Below are positions 1-9,478 of a stretch of 64,000 bases of DNA, in pieces. Source of the stretch: an uncultured Acidobacteriaceae bacterium. GTDB lineage: Bacteria; Acidobacteriota; Terriglobia; Terriglobales; Acidobacteriaceae. Under the pieces are notes generated by a model that was given only the letters and a program-made list of their open reading frames with translations, did not search any database and was not told where the DNA came from. Where the stretch lies: the NCBI GenBank assembly GCA_963765995.1, contig CAVXYT010000023.1:6995-70994 (forward strand), written 5' to 3'. A program made the position numbers and the translations under genes. Each line of letters begins with the position of its first letter. Within the stretch, counting starts at the first letter, position 1.

Positions 1-2
1 TG

Positions 3-389
3 CTCACGTGGAAGACCCGCGTGGTGGGGGTGCGCTCGGTTCGCACAGGCGCCGTGGTGGGCTACAACGGGACCTTTGTCGCCACGGAGCCGATGAGGCT
101 GGCGCTGGTGGCCGCGGGCTACGCCGACGGCCTCGACCGCCGGCTCGGTAATCGCTTTAGCTTGCTGGTTCGCGGGGCGCGCGCCCCGCTTGTGGGCCGC
201 GTCAGCATGGACATGGCAACGGTGGACGTGACCGAAATCGAGGGAGTCAAGCCGGGCGACGAGGTGGTGATTCTGGGCGAGCAAGGCGAAGAAACTATCA
301 CCGCCTACGACCACGCCGAGGCGACGGGGACGATTCCCTGGGAGGTCTTTACGCGGATCGGGGTGCGCGTCCGACGGGTTGAGGTTTAA
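3..389 (+). CDS. alr: Alanine racemase, C-terminal part (5' end outside window)
   Basis: LTWKTRVV...GYNGTF...GYADGLDRRLGN...GRVSMDM...TIPWEVFTRIGVRVRR motifs of the Alr C-terminal domain; frame open to the window edge. Confidence 0.93.
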   Translation, partial: LTWKTRVVGVRSVRTGAVVGYNGTFVATEPMRLALVAAGYADGLDRRLGNRFSLLVRGARAPLVGRVSMDMATVDVTEIEGVKPGDEVVILGEQGEETITAYDHAEATGTIPWEVFTRIGVRVRRVEV

Positions 390-445
390 TTGTGCATATC
401 ATAGACCTGCGCGTTGAAGGAGAATGAGCCAGGAGACCAGAAGCT

Positions 446-1198
446 GTGTCGAAGCCGCCGCCGCAACAGAAGAAGAAAGGGAAGAAAACTCGCGCTGCTC
501 AGACGACGCAAGCGAAGATGAGCCTTGGGCTGAGGCTGGGATTTGGCCTCACTCTGGGATTGATTTTTGCATTCGCTGTTTTGTTTGTTACGGCCGGGAC
601 GCTGGACTATTGGCAGGGCTGGGTCTTTCTCGCCGTATTTTTCATTCCAAACGCCTTCACTTTCATCTATTTTCTGAAGCACGACCCGGAGTTTCTGGAA
701 CGACGGCTGCGAAACAAGGAGCGATACGACGAGCAGAAGCTGCTGCTGCGATGGGGCAAGCCGTTTTATCTGGTTGCCTTTCTGCTTCCCGGCTTCGACT
801 ACCGCTGGGGCTGGTCGCGCACTTTGGAGGGCACCGTGCCTCTGTGGCTCACGGTCTTCTCCCTGGCCATGGTATTTGGCAGCCTGTTGCTGATCTTCTG
901 GGTTCTGTATGTCAACCGCTTTGCCTCGCGTACCGTGGAGGTGGAAGCCGGCCAGACGGTGATCTCCCACGGCCCGTACCGTTTGGTTCGCCACCCGTAT
1001 TATTTTGCCACGGTCCTGCTGTGGCTTTTCACGCCGCTGGCGCTGGGTTCCTGGGTTGCCCTGCCGGCCTTTGTGCTGCTCATCCCCTTTTATGTCATCC
1101 GCCTGCTCAACGAAGAAAAGGTGCTGCGTGAGCGACTTTCCGGCTACTCCGAGTACTGCCTTCGCACCCGCTACAGGCTGATTCCGTTTGTCTGGTGA
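446..1198 (+). CDS. Isoprenylcysteine carboxyl methyltransferase (ICMT/PEMT) family membrane protein
   Basis: Several TM segments; C-terminal QTVISHGPYRLVRHPYY...EEKVL...Y.EYC.RTRYRLIPFVW; AGGAGA before GTG 446 (alternative start 518). Confidence 0.85.
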   Translation: MSKPPPQQKKKGKKTRAAQTTQAKMSLGLRLGFGLTLGLIFAFAVLFVTAGTLDYWQGWVFLAVFFIPNAFTFIYFLKHDPEFLERRLRNKERYDEQKLLLRWGKPFYLVAFLLPGFDYRWGWSRTLEGTVPLWLTVFSLAMVFGSLLLIFWVLYVNRFASRTVEVEAGQTVISHGPYRLVRHPYYFATVLLWLFTPLALGSWVALPAFVLLIPFYVIRLLNEEKVLRERLSGYSEYCLRTRYRLIPFVW

Positions 1199-1292
1199 AA
1201 GCTGACTGGCTGTATTCCTCCGGGCAAAAGAACAGGCGCGGGAGAGGAAGCCCACCTGCGCCTGCTTTGTTCTCTTCGGTTTGTTGACAGCG

Positions 1293-2999
1293 TTATTGCT
1301 TGACCGGGGGCGCGGGCGGCACCTTCGGCGCTTTCAGTTGCTTCCCCTCGAACCCCGGCGGAATCCTGTGGTAGGGCGGAACATTCAGCATGGGACCCTT
1401 GGGAGTGGACGGAGCTGCGGGGAAAGTCGCAGGTGGCGCGGGCGGGAATCCCGGACCTTTCTTGATGCGCACATCGCCGTTGTCCGCGTTCAGTATGATC
1501 CTCGATGCGCCGGAGCCGATGGTGAATGTGGCGAGCTTGTTCTCGCCTTCGGTCGCGGGGATGGCATAATCCGAAACGATGTCGCCGTTGTGCGTCCGCG
1601 CGGTCACCGTGGCCGAGGCGTTGGGCGGCAGCGTCACCTCGACGTCACCCTTGCTGTTTTTCGCGTCCACCGAGTAGGCGCCGGCCGGCTCAATCGAGAT
1701 GCGGCCGTTGCGGGTTTCCACGTTGATGTCACCATAGATCTGGTTGAGGTCGATGTCCTTGGAGTGGGTAACCACGCGCACCTGTCCCCTGGCCTCGTTG
1801 ATGCGCAGGTCGCCGGAGTCGAGGGTGAGGTCGCCGGGCAACTCCGCCAGTTCGATGTCGGTCACCGAGGTGTGCATATGCACCGGTCCATGGATGCTTT
1901 CCATGTGCATGTCGCCGAAGATTTCGCCGCTCTGTGTGACCTTGCCGTTGATCTGGGAGAAGGTGATGTCGTTCAAATCCCCGTCAACGGTCAGGTCGCC
2001 CTGGATATCGTGGGCTGATAAGTCGTGGCTGCCTCGTGTGAAGTGCGCCTCCACCGGGCCGACAATCGTGTTCAGTTGAACGTCTCCGCGGGCGGTGACG
2101 CTGATGCCAGTGCCCAGGTTGGCCGCGGTCACATCGCCCTTGCCCGCATTCACGTTTACTTTGACGGTCTTGGGCACGGTAACGGTCAGGTTCACCCTGC
2201 CGCTTGAGTTGCTCTCCGACTTGACCAGCACAGAGCTGCCATTTACCGACAGGCTTGGCTTTTCTGCGTCGAAGATTTTCTTAGCGTCCGCGTCCGAGTC
2301 GGCATAGGCCACTTCGTGCGGCTGCACTTCGATTGCCAACCCGTCGCCTGTCGTAATGCTCACATCGCCGCGAGGATTCTCGATGTCGAGAACGGCATTG
2401 GCGGGAATCTGCTGATTCAGCAACGGTGCGTCAAGATCGTGCTCCGGCAGGCCGAAGGCATTGAAGAAGTCGTCACCGTCGCCGTTCCAATGGAAAAACC
2501 ACGGCCGCGCATGATTCCATCCAGCCGCGCCTAGACCTAACAGGGCCAGCAGGATGAGGATGCCCACAAAGCTGCCGCCACGGCGGACAGGAGTCTCGCG
2601 ACGCAGATCCAGCGCCCACTCTCCCAGCAGGGCCAGGCCGGCGCCGATAAGAAGCAGCGGCCACCAGTGGCCATACCAGCTCCAGAACTGGTCTGCGGCG
2701 ATGTGGCCGGTGAACAATAGCAGAGCGATCACGCCGACGCCGATCAGGATGATGGGTCCGACGACCGAGGGAACGCGCGGGCCGTAGATGCCCACATAGC
2801 TGGACTTCATGGCGTAACGCTGGGCCTTCCAGGCATCGCGCTGCGCGCGCCATGCGGCCCTCTGCTGCTCCCGGTAGACCCGCCACTGAGTCTTGGGATC
2901 GTAAGGCGGATACGGGGGCGGCATGCCGCCTCCTGGATTCGAGTTGGGTTGCGAGTTAGGAGGCGTGTTTGGGGGCATATTCGGCGGTGTACTGCTCAT
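1293..2999 (-). CDS. DUF4097 beta-strand-repeat protein with N-terminal LiaF/DUF5668-type membrane region
   Basis: WWPLLLIGAG membrane motif followed by repeated xGDVx/xGDIx beta strands; start 2999 couples (ATGA) with the stop of the upstream gene. Confidence 0.8.
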   Translation of the reverse strand: MSSTPPNMPPNTPPNSQPNSNPGGGMPPPYPPYDPKTQWRVYREQQRAAWRAQRDAWKAQRYAMKSSYVGIYGPRVPSVVGPIILIGVGVIALLLFTGHIAADQFWSWYGHWWPLLLIGAGLALLGEWALDLRRETPVRRGGSFVGILILLALLGLGAAGWNHARPWFFHWNGDGDDFFNAFGLPEHDLDAPLLNQQIPANAVLDIENPRGDVSITTGDGLAIEVQPHEVAYADSDADAKKIFDAEKPSLSVNGSSVLVKSESNSSGRVNLTVTVPKTVKVNVNAGKGDVTAANLGTGISVTARGDVQLNTIVGPVEAHFTRGSHDLSAHDIQGDLTVDGDLNDITFSQINGKVTQSGEIFGDMHMESIHGPVHMHTSVTDIELAELPGDLTLDSGDLRINEARGQVRVVTHSKDIDLNQIYGDINVETRNGRISIEPAGAYSVDAKNSKGDVEVTLPPNASATVTARTHNGDIVSDYAIPATEGENKLATFTIGSGASRIILNADNGDVRIKKGPGFPPAPPATFPAAPSTPKGPMLNVPPYHRIPPGFEGKQLKAPKVPPAPPVKQ

Positions 3000-3337
3000 G
3001 ACTGTCCTCCCTCGGAGTCCTTTCCGAACTCCTGTGAGTGAGATGAAACATTGGCCGAGTTCTCGGCCGGTGAATACGGCGGCGTAGCGCCGGGATTTGA
3101 CCCTGGATACGCGCCAGGGCCGGGCTGGCCCGGATACGGCCACATCGGATAGCCGCCGTCGGCGGCCAGCGCAGCGCGCTCAGCCAGCATAATCACGCCC
3201 AGCAGAATCAGCAGCAATGGCCAGAACCAATGCCAGAAGTGGTCAATGACGCCTGTCTGATGAAGCAGCGCAATCCCTCCAATCAGCAGCAAAATGGCCG
3301 GAAACCGCAGGCGGCGAATCATGATGTAGCGGCTCAT
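2996..3337 (-). CDS. LiaI/LiaF-like (DUF5668) small membrane protein
   Basis: PAILLLIGGIALL...FWPLLLILLG motif; ATGA overlaps on both sides. Confidence 0.75.
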   Translation of the reverse strand: MSRYIMIRRLRFPAILLLIGGIALLHQTGVIDHFWHWFWPLLLILLGVIMLAERAALAADGGYPMWPYPGQPGPGAYPGSNPGATPPYSPAENSANVSSHSQEFGKDSEGGQS

Positions 3338-4152
3338 TTGGATCCTCCTTGTGAATTTCCAATACGTCGAACGATCAGCCAGACGCCCAGCGCAATCAGC
3401 AGCAGCGGCCAGGCGAAATCAAAGAAGCGGCCGCGGAAGATGTCCAACTGCCCCAGCAGGAACATCAACCCCAGGGCAATCAGCACGATGGCGCCGATCG
3501 GCTCCCTGCGCCGCCAGCAAATCGGCGGCAGCGGCGCGGCAGGATCGACAAAGCCAGCTGCCGGCGGCGTAAACGGGGCCTGGTATGGACTCTGGTACGG
3601 AGCTTGATAAGGCGGCGGAGGCTGCCCGTCCGACGGAGGCGGATAGTCTCCCTCTGCCGGTCCACGTCCGGCGCCGGGTTGGCCAGGATTCCGCATCCGC
3701 GTGCCCATATTCATGTTCAGCCAGTTGCCGACCTCGTTCAGTCCGAAGGGATCGGGCACCGGCTGGCCGTCGCGCAGCGCCTTGGCTGTGTGGAAGGCCT
3801 CAAACGACTGGTAGAGGATCCAGGCGGCAATGAACAGGCCAAAGATCGGGTAGTGGTCGGTGATGCTGACCAGCACCGCGAAGATCGCCACGTGGATGAA
3901 GCCCTTGAAGAACTGGCCGTTATACATCGCGCCTACGCCGGGAATCAGCCCCAGCACCGCAGCGGCTGCTGGGTTGGGTCCGCTTGCCGGAGGCGGAATG
4001 AAGGGCTGTTGATAGCTCTGCCACGCCGTCGAGCAGGGCTCGCAGAGAAGCTGTCCTCCCGCCGCAGTGCGGACGCAGCCGGCGCAGAGCGCCTTGCCGC
4101 AACTCTGGCAATAAGCCGTCGCGTTGATACCACTGTGATTTACGCAATCCAT
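3334..4152 (-). CDS. B-box zinc-finger plus DUF5668 membrane protein
   Basis: N-terminal CVNH...CQSCGKALC..C...LCEPC; TM hairpin LIPGVGAMYNGQ; C-terminal AWPLLLIALG. Confidence 0.8.
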   Translation of the reverse strand: MDCVNHSGINATAYCQSCGKALCAGCVRTAAGGQLLCEPCSTAWQSYQQPFIPPPASGPNPAAAAVLGLIPGVGAMYNGQFFKGFIHVAIFAVLVSITDHYPIFGLFIAAWILYQSFEAFHTAKALRDGQPVPDPFGLNEVGNWLNMNMGTRMRNPGQPGAGRGPAEGDYPPPSDGQPPPPYQAPYQSPYQAPFTPPAAGFVDPAAPLPPICWRRREPIGAIVLIALGLMFLLGQLDIFRGRFFDFAWPLLLIALGVWLIVRRIGNSQGGSK

Positions 4153-5015
4153 CTTGTGCTCCTTTCCCGTAATTCCTCTCGGGAGCCGCCGGAGTGCGCG
4201 GGCCGGTGTTGAAACGTCAGGGATGTTTCCAAATAATCAGAATCGTTGTGAATTGGTTGAACAGCCGGCCCAACAGCCAGACTGTCAGGCTGCTGTGGAG
4301 GATTGTCCTGCTGGCCTCCGGTCCTCGGCTCCGGAGCCTGTCTCGACTCGCCGGGTGCCAGGTCGCGGGGTTTCTGCCGATTGTCTTCGCTTTCACCCTG
4401 GCCCTCGACCTGGGTCGTCCGTCGCAGATCCCGCATCCGGGTTTGCACCTCGTAGACCAGCCGCGAGTTGTCGTAGTAGCGAATGATCGGGGTCGAGGCC
4501 ATGGTCAACTGCCGTTCAAAGAATGAACGCGCTACGCTGGGCCGCAGTTCGGAGAGCCGCAGGCTGCTCAAGTGGATGCCAGTCAGGTTGAGCGTCATGG
4601 CGATGGAAAAGAAGGCCATGGCCGCCGTCATCAGCAGGCGGGGTTCGGCAAAACGCTGGATGCGGGCTACCATGCCGGGGCGCTGCCATGCCGGAACGGA
4701 GACCGGACGCATCGGCAGAACATTGCCGCCTGCCGTCGCCAGTCTCAAACCAGCTTCTTTGCCGGGACCGGAATGCGCAAGGATCCTGTCCAGCAGCCCG
4801 GCCGGAACCTCCGGCTCAGGCGAGAGGAACTCCAGCCATTCGCGGCCCCGGCGCGCTTCCTCAAACAACGCCGCGCAGGCCGGGCAGAGGGCCATATGGG
4901 CGGTAAAGACAGCCTCGTCCTCGGGCTTCAGCAGCCCATCCAGAGAGTCCGCCAAAAGCATCTCCCATTGCCCGCAGGCCGGGGAGTTCGGATTGAAATT
5001 GCGCTCTGCCATCAC
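4140..5015 (-). CDS. Zinc-binding anti-sigma factor (zf-HC2), single TM
   Basis: C...L.D.LDG.L...F.AH...C..C motif, one TM helix, coupled directly downstream of the ECF sigma gene. Confidence 0.85.
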   Translation of the reverse strand: MMAERNFNPNSPACGQWEMLLADSLDGLLKPEDEAVFTAHMALCPACAALFEEARRGREWLEFLSPEPEVPAGLLDRILAHSGPGKEAGLRLATAGGNVLPMRPVSVPAWQRPGMVARIQRFAEPRLLMTAAMAFFSIAMTLNLTGIHLSSLRLSELRPSVARSFFERQLTMASTPIIRYYDNSRLVYEVQTRMRDLRRTTQVEGQGESEDNRQKPRDLAPGESRQAPEPRTGGQQDNPPQQPDSLAVGPAVQPIHNDSDYLETSLTFQHRPAHSGGSREELRERSTRWIA

Positions 5016-5857
5016 ATTACCTCCCTTCTATTACGTTCTAGGAGCCTCGCAAGTTCCGCGCGGCCCCGGCTGATGCGGGATTTAACCGTCCCCTCGGGAA
5101 TACCCAAAACCTGGGCGATCTCCTTGTAGTCCAAATCCTGTAAATCTCTGAGAATAACGGCCTCACGCAGGTCTACGGAAACGCGGGCCAGGGCCTCTTG
5201 CACCATCTTTGCCAGTTCCTTTTTGGCCGCCGACTCGTGCGGCGAGACGCCGCGGGCCGTGAGCCGGTCGATAGGCTTGAGTTCTTCCGCCGACTCCCAG
5301 CCGTCATCCAGCGAAGAGGTAGCGCGCTGGTTGCGGGTCCGCCGGAAGTTGTCCACCAGCAGATTGCGGGTCAAACTCGTGATCCACACCTGCAGGGAGC
5401 CGCGCCCTATGTCGAAGCTGGCCAGATTCGAGTAAATCTTGAGGAATACATCCTGGGTCAGGTCCTCGGCGTCGGCCGGGTTGCCGGTAAAGCGGTAGCA
5501 GAGCCCGTAGACACGCCGGTGCTGCGCGCGAACCAGCTCAGCCCATGCGCTGGAATCGCCGTCCATGCAGCGGCTTACGACTTGGGACCAATCGATCTCC
5601 AGAGAAGCTGCCTCCCTGCACACCGGACGGGCGGCTGGCGCAACCGCCTGGACTCCCACGGGCAGGTCCTGGTCCGTGGGGTGGACCGCAAGGCTCGCCT
5701 GTAAACGGCCTTGCACAAGCTCTTTGCCGTCCGGAATCTGCCGCGGCCTTCGAGCGCCGGTCGCCAGGACTTCCAGGTTGCGCCGCAATGGCTTGGCCGG
5801 GATCCCCAGCGACAGGTCCTTGCCGCTGGGGTGGTTTGCCGGCCACACCAGTCCCAT
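5012..5857 (-). CDS. ECF RNA polymerase sigma factor with N-terminal extension
   Basis: Region 2 DAEDLTQDVFLKIY...WITSLTRNLLVDNFR and region 4 LDYKEIAQVLGIPEGTVKSRISRGR; start 5857 chosen from GGAG upstream (uncertain). Confidence 0.92.
   Translation of the reverse strand: MGLVWPANHPSGKDLSLGIPAKPLRRNLEVLATGARRPRQIPDGKELVQGRLQASLAVHPTDQDLPVGVQAVAPAARPVCREAASLEIDWSQVVSRCMDGDSSAWAELVRAQHRRVYGLCYRFTGNPADAEDLTQDVFLKIYSNLASFDIGRGSLQVWITSLTRNLLVDNFRRTRNQRATSSLDDGWESAEELKPIDRLTARGVSPHESAAKKELAKMVQEALARVSVDLREAVILRDLQDLDYKEIAQVLGIPEGTVKSRISRGRAELARLLERNRREVM
5650..5683 (-). repeat. 35-bp palindromic repeat family A, copy in sigma N-terminal extension
   Basis: CACCCCACGGACCAGGACCTGCCCGTGGGAGTCC on the minus strand. 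Confidence 0.8.
5799..5833 (-). repeat. 35-bp palindromic repeat family A, second copy in sigma N-terminal extension
   Basis: CACCCCAGCGGCAAGGACCTGTCGCTGGGGATCCC on the minus strand. Confidence 0.85.
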
Positions 5858-5896
5858 CCCGCTCCAGCTTAATGTACCCACGCAATGCATATTGCG

Positions 5897-6403
5897 CTAA
5901 TACGCAGGATTTTCCCTATTAGTTCCGTGCAGTTCCACCCAGGCTCCGACAACGCGCGCCGCTTCTTCTAGAAATGCGCGGTCCATCTCCGTGAAAGCTG
6001 CAGGGGTGTGGCTGTCGATATCGATTTCGCCTACGGCCTTGCCGTGTGCGTAGATGGGCACTACGATCTCGGATTTTGTCTTGATGGAGCAGGAAAGATA
6101 GCGCGGGTCCGCGTTCACATCGTCCACCACAACCGTCGCACCAGTGGCAACCGCTGCGCCGCAAATGCCTTCACTGGCGGGGATGCGCACGTGCGGGGTT
6201 GGCTCGCCATGGAACGCGCCCAGCACCAGCGTCTGGGCATCTCCGGGGTCGAGCATATAAAAGCCGGTCCAGTTGTAATGAGGGAGTTTGCCGGCGATGG
6301 CCTCGACGATGGATTTCTCCAGGACATCCAGCGACGGCGCAATCGCGGCCAGCTCGCGAATGCGAGCGAGCAGGGAGATCATCTGCGGTGTGAGGGCGGG
6401 CAT
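5897..6403 (-). CDS. GAF-domain protein (free Met-R-sulfoxide reductase/YebR-like)
   Basis: YNWTGFYML...GAFHG...IP..EGICG.A...SCS..TKSEIVVPI...GEIDIDS. Confidence 0.85.
   Translation of the reverse strand: MPALTPQMISLLARIRELAAIAPSLDVLEKSIVEAIAGKLPHYNWTGFYMLDPGDAQTLVLGAFHGEPTPHVRIPASEGICGAAVATGATVVVDDVNADPRYLSCSIKTKSEIVVPIYAHGKAVGEIDIDSHTPAAFTEMDRAFLEEAARVVGAWVELHGTNRENPAY
5901..5926 (-). promoter_or_regulatory. Candidate autoregulatory ECF promoter
   Basis: GGAAC-N17-CGTA on the minus strand just upstream of the sigma gene; adjacent palindrome CGCAAT-N4-ATTGCG at 5881-5896. Confidence 0.6.
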
Positions 6404-6512
6404 GGTCGTCTCTTTCAGGTTTAGCACGGAGATCCCATGTTTCAAAATCGAGACTTGGTTTCCCAACACATAGAACTGGAATTCCGCATGATATACACCT
6501 AGAATCAATCCA

Positions 6513-7157
6513 ATGAATTCCAAATGCTTGGCAATCGTCGCCTTACTGTTGTCCGCGGCCCCTGTTTTCGGGCAAGCACCGGCAGAGACTAAGAAGTTCG
6601 TCCTTTACGAATTGGATCGATCTTGCGTATGTACCAAAATTAAAAAGGAAACCAAAACCGCTATTGCGACGGAGATCAACGTCGGAAAAGCTGCACACAA
6701 GGTTTTTTACCAGGTTTTTTGGTCACGCACAACACCAAGACATGAATTATTCCGCATTGAAGTTGGTGATTACTCCAGTGGGAAGCTTGTTAAATTGTGG
6801 CATTAAAGTATTGCCGCCGAGGGCGACTTCAACGGCGACGGTCTGCCGGATTATTCCTGGTATGGTGGAGACGACACAGGGGAAGAACGATATCTGTTCT
6901 TGTCTTCGGACAGCGGATACAAACGCGTTGATTTACTGAAGACCGTTGAAGCAGCGTGGCAGCGCCGGTTTAATAAGACCCTTCCTGACCTTGGAGATTC
7001 AGGCGGCAAATATGAACTTGAAGATATAACGCTTGAAAATTCGGCGGAAGGACTGGTGCTCAAGGCTACAGTTCGTTCCAATCCAGTGGTAATAACGACC
7101 CAGACAACCAAGCATACCTACCAGTTCAGCATTGCGCAAGCCGACTTCAAGCCATAA
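6513..7157 (+). pseudogene. Secreted protein with FG-GAP-like motif, interrupted by an in-frame TAA (6804-6806)
   Basis: Signal peptide MNSKCLAIVALLLSAAPVFG; ORFs 6513-6806 and 6900-7157 share a frame, and the sequence after the stop reads SIAAEGDFNGDGLPDYSWYGGDDTG without further stops. Confidence 0.65.
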
Positions 7158-7165
7158 TTATGATC

Positions 7166-7198
7166 TCCCACGTCCCAGAATCGGGACCTGGGGCACCC
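7166..7198 (+). repeat. Intergenic palindromic repeat family B
   Basis: TCCCACGTCCCAGAATCGGGACCTGGGGCACCC hairpin; related copy at 36165-36199. Confidence 0.7.
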
Positions 7199-7223
7199 TC
7201 GTTTCTGTTCCAGGGAAAGGGCC

Positions 7224-8477
7224 TCAATACAGTTGCTGGAAGTCCGGATCGACGGGGTTCTCAAAGAGCGAGGCGTCGCGAGTGACGATGGTCAGTCCCG
7301 AGGGGGTGACAAAGTAGCGGCGCTTGTCCTCGACAGGGTCGTAGCCGATAACCGTGCCCTCAGGAATGTGGACATGGCGGTCGATGATGGCGCGGCGGAT
7401 GCGGCAGTGCCGGCCGATGTTCACATGCGAAAAGACAATGCTCGAGTCCACGGTCGAGTAGGAGTTGACGCGCACATCCTGCGAGAGCACGGAGTTCGAC
7501 ACCGTGGCGCCGGAGATAATCACGCCGGCGGTAATCACCGAGTCGACCGCCGTGCCCGAGCGGCCCGGCTCTGCGAAGACGAACTTGGCCGGCGGATACT
7601 GGCGCACACGGGTGCGGATGGGCCAGTTCTTGTCGTACAGGTTGAAGACCGGCGAAACCGCGCAGAGGTCCATGTTGGCGTCGTAGTAGGCGTCGAGCGT
7701 ACCCACGTCGCGCCAGTAGAGCGCCTGCTGCTTGTTCTCGTCCACGAAGCTGTATGCCATCATCTTTTTCTTGCCCAGCAAGCTGGGCAGAATGTTGTGG
7801 CCGAAGTCGTGTTTTGAGTCGGGGTCTTCGGCGTCAGCGATCAGCGCCTTCAGCAGCACCTCGGTATTGAAGATGTAGATGCCCATCGAGGCATCCACGG
7901 CGTTGGGGTTGAACGGCGAGCGGAAGCTGGTCGAGGCCGGCTTCTCCTGAAAGCCGAGGACCTCGCCCTTCTGGCCCACTTCGACGACCCCATAGCGCGA
8001 AACCTCGTCAGGCGGAATCGGCAGCGTGGACAGCGTGACCTGCGCGCCGGTCTCCTTGTGGTACGCCAGCATCCGGCTGTAGTTCATCTTATAAATGTGG
8101 TCGCCGCTGAGGACGATGATGTACTTGGGCTGTTCGCTGCCGATCGAGTAGATGTTCTGGTAGACGGCATCGGCGGTCCCCATGTACCAGTTCGAGCCGG
8201 TGCGCTGCATAGGCGGCATCAGCTCGAAGAACTCGCCCAGCTCCTGGGCAACGATGCCGGTCCACCCTTCGCGGATGTGCCGGTTCAATGACAGTGCCTT
8301 GTACTGCGTCAGGATGAAGACCTTGCGCAGTCCGGAGTTTATGCAGTTGGAGAGGGTAATGTCGATGATGCGGTAGTGCCCGCCAAAGGGCACGGCCGGT
8401 TTGGCGCGATCCCGGGTGAGAGGAAAGAGCCGTTCTCCCGCTCCGCCCGCAAGCAAAACTCCAAGAGTGTCTCTCAT
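7224..8477 (-). CDS. glgC: Glucose-1-phosphate adenylyltransferase
   Basis: LAGGAGERLFPLTRDRAKPAVPFGG.YRIID..LSNC; WYMGTADAVYQN; GDHIYKMNY; YWRDVGT; C-terminal beta-helix. Confidence 0.97.
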   Translation of the reverse strand: MRDTLGVLLAGGAGERLFPLTRDRAKPAVPFGGHYRIIDITLSNCINSGLRKVFILTQYKALSLNRHIREGWTGIVAQELGEFFELMPPMQRTGSNWYMGTADAVYQNIYSIGSEQPKYIIVLSGDHIYKMNYSRMLAYHKETGAQVTLSTLPIPPDEVSRYGVVEVGQKGEVLGFQEKPASTSFRSPFNPNAVDASMGIYIFNTEVLLKALIADAEDPDSKHDFGHNILPSLLGKKKMMAYSFVDENKQQALYWRDVGTLDAYYDANMDLCAVSPVFNLYDKNWPIRTRVRQYPPAKFVFAEPGRSGTAVDSVITAGVIISGATVSNSVLSQDVRVNSYSTVDSSIVFSHVNIGRHCRIRRAIIDRHVHIPEGTVIGYDPVEDKRRYFVTPSGLTIVTRDASLFENPVDPDFQQLY

Positions 8478-8716
8478 AGCCGGTTAACCCTGCCTTCGCA
8501 CGGATCCCTGCCCGGAGATCCCCGGCCCGGGGCAGGAAGCGCCGCCATTCAATACAGCATATCGTCCAGGGGCACTTTTCTACAGGGATTTCCGAGGGGT
8601 GGAGGATACCACATGCCGACGACTTCGGCAGCCCTTCTCACTTTATAGAAGAAGGCAGCCCCAAAAACAAAACCGGAGCCGCCGCCACTCATGCGCTGGC
8701 CAGGAGCGCCAGTCTT

Positions 8717-9415
8717 CTACCGCTTCTTCGTGAACTTGTACTCGATGCCGACCGAGATGGCGAAGTTGACGTCGAATTGGCTGACCGCAGGCACGCCACT
8801 GGTGCTGTAGTGGGTCATCACCGCGTCGGGCGTGATGCGGAAGACCCAGTGGGCCGAGCGGTTCAGGTCCATGTGCCCGCCGATGATCGCCGCCGGGGCA
8901 ATCTGGTTGTAATAGAAATTCTCTACCGCCGGCGAGACGTTGCCCAAATGCGCATCAAAGTAGGCGCCGCCCACCATCGCATGAGCAATCAGAGCGCCGT
9001 GCTTGTTGTGCGGTCCCAGCCATTCGGGACCGGCGACGAACAAGTACTGGCTGACGAAGGGCCCGTGGACAACATTAGAGCCAGAAGTACCGGCGCCGCT
9101 GCTGCCCAGGTAGCTGCGCCCCGAGCCTTCTACGGCAAAGTGCTTGCTGAACCAATAGGAGCCGGTCAAGTCCAGCCCGCCCAGGTTGGCCCCCTGCAGC
9201 ACGTTAGCGCCTGCCTTCATATGGTCGTAGGCCATGCCCAGTGATACATCGTAGCGGTTGTCGTAGCGCACGCCGGCCAGCGGATCGCTGGCAATGTATG
9301 TGCCATTGCCAGCCGTCGGAGAGGCGGTGCTTTGCGCCTGGGCGCGGGTTCCGGAAGACAAAACCAGGACGGCTACGGCGGCAAGAGCGGCGGAAAATCT
9401 AACTGAAATACGCAT
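8717..9415 (-). CDS. Exported outer-membrane beta-barrel-like protein
   Basis: Signal peptide, amphipathic beta strands, aromatic-rich C-terminus GIEYKF. Confidence 0.65.
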   Translation of the reverse strand: MRISVRFSAALAAVAVLVLSSGTRAQAQSTASPTAGNGTYIASDPLAGVRYDNRYDVSLGMAYDHMKAGANVLQGANLGGLDLTGSYWFSKHFAVEGSGRSYLGSSGAGTSGSNVVHGPFVSQYLFVAGPEWLGPHNKHGALIAHAMVGGAYFDAHLGNVSPAVENFYYNQIAPAAIIGGHMDLNRSAHWVFRITPDAVMTHYSTSGVPAVSQFDVNFAISVGIEYKFTKKR

Positions 9416-9478
9416 CGTATTCCAGCTTACAGGAGCATACCGGCGGGGGACAACGTAAACCGGGCGACAATTTTTCTG

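Noticed and set aside
1227-1272. Bidirectional terminator between convergent genes
   Set aside because: A GC hairpin is present but the stem is bulged and the U-tracts are weak; not confident enough to list
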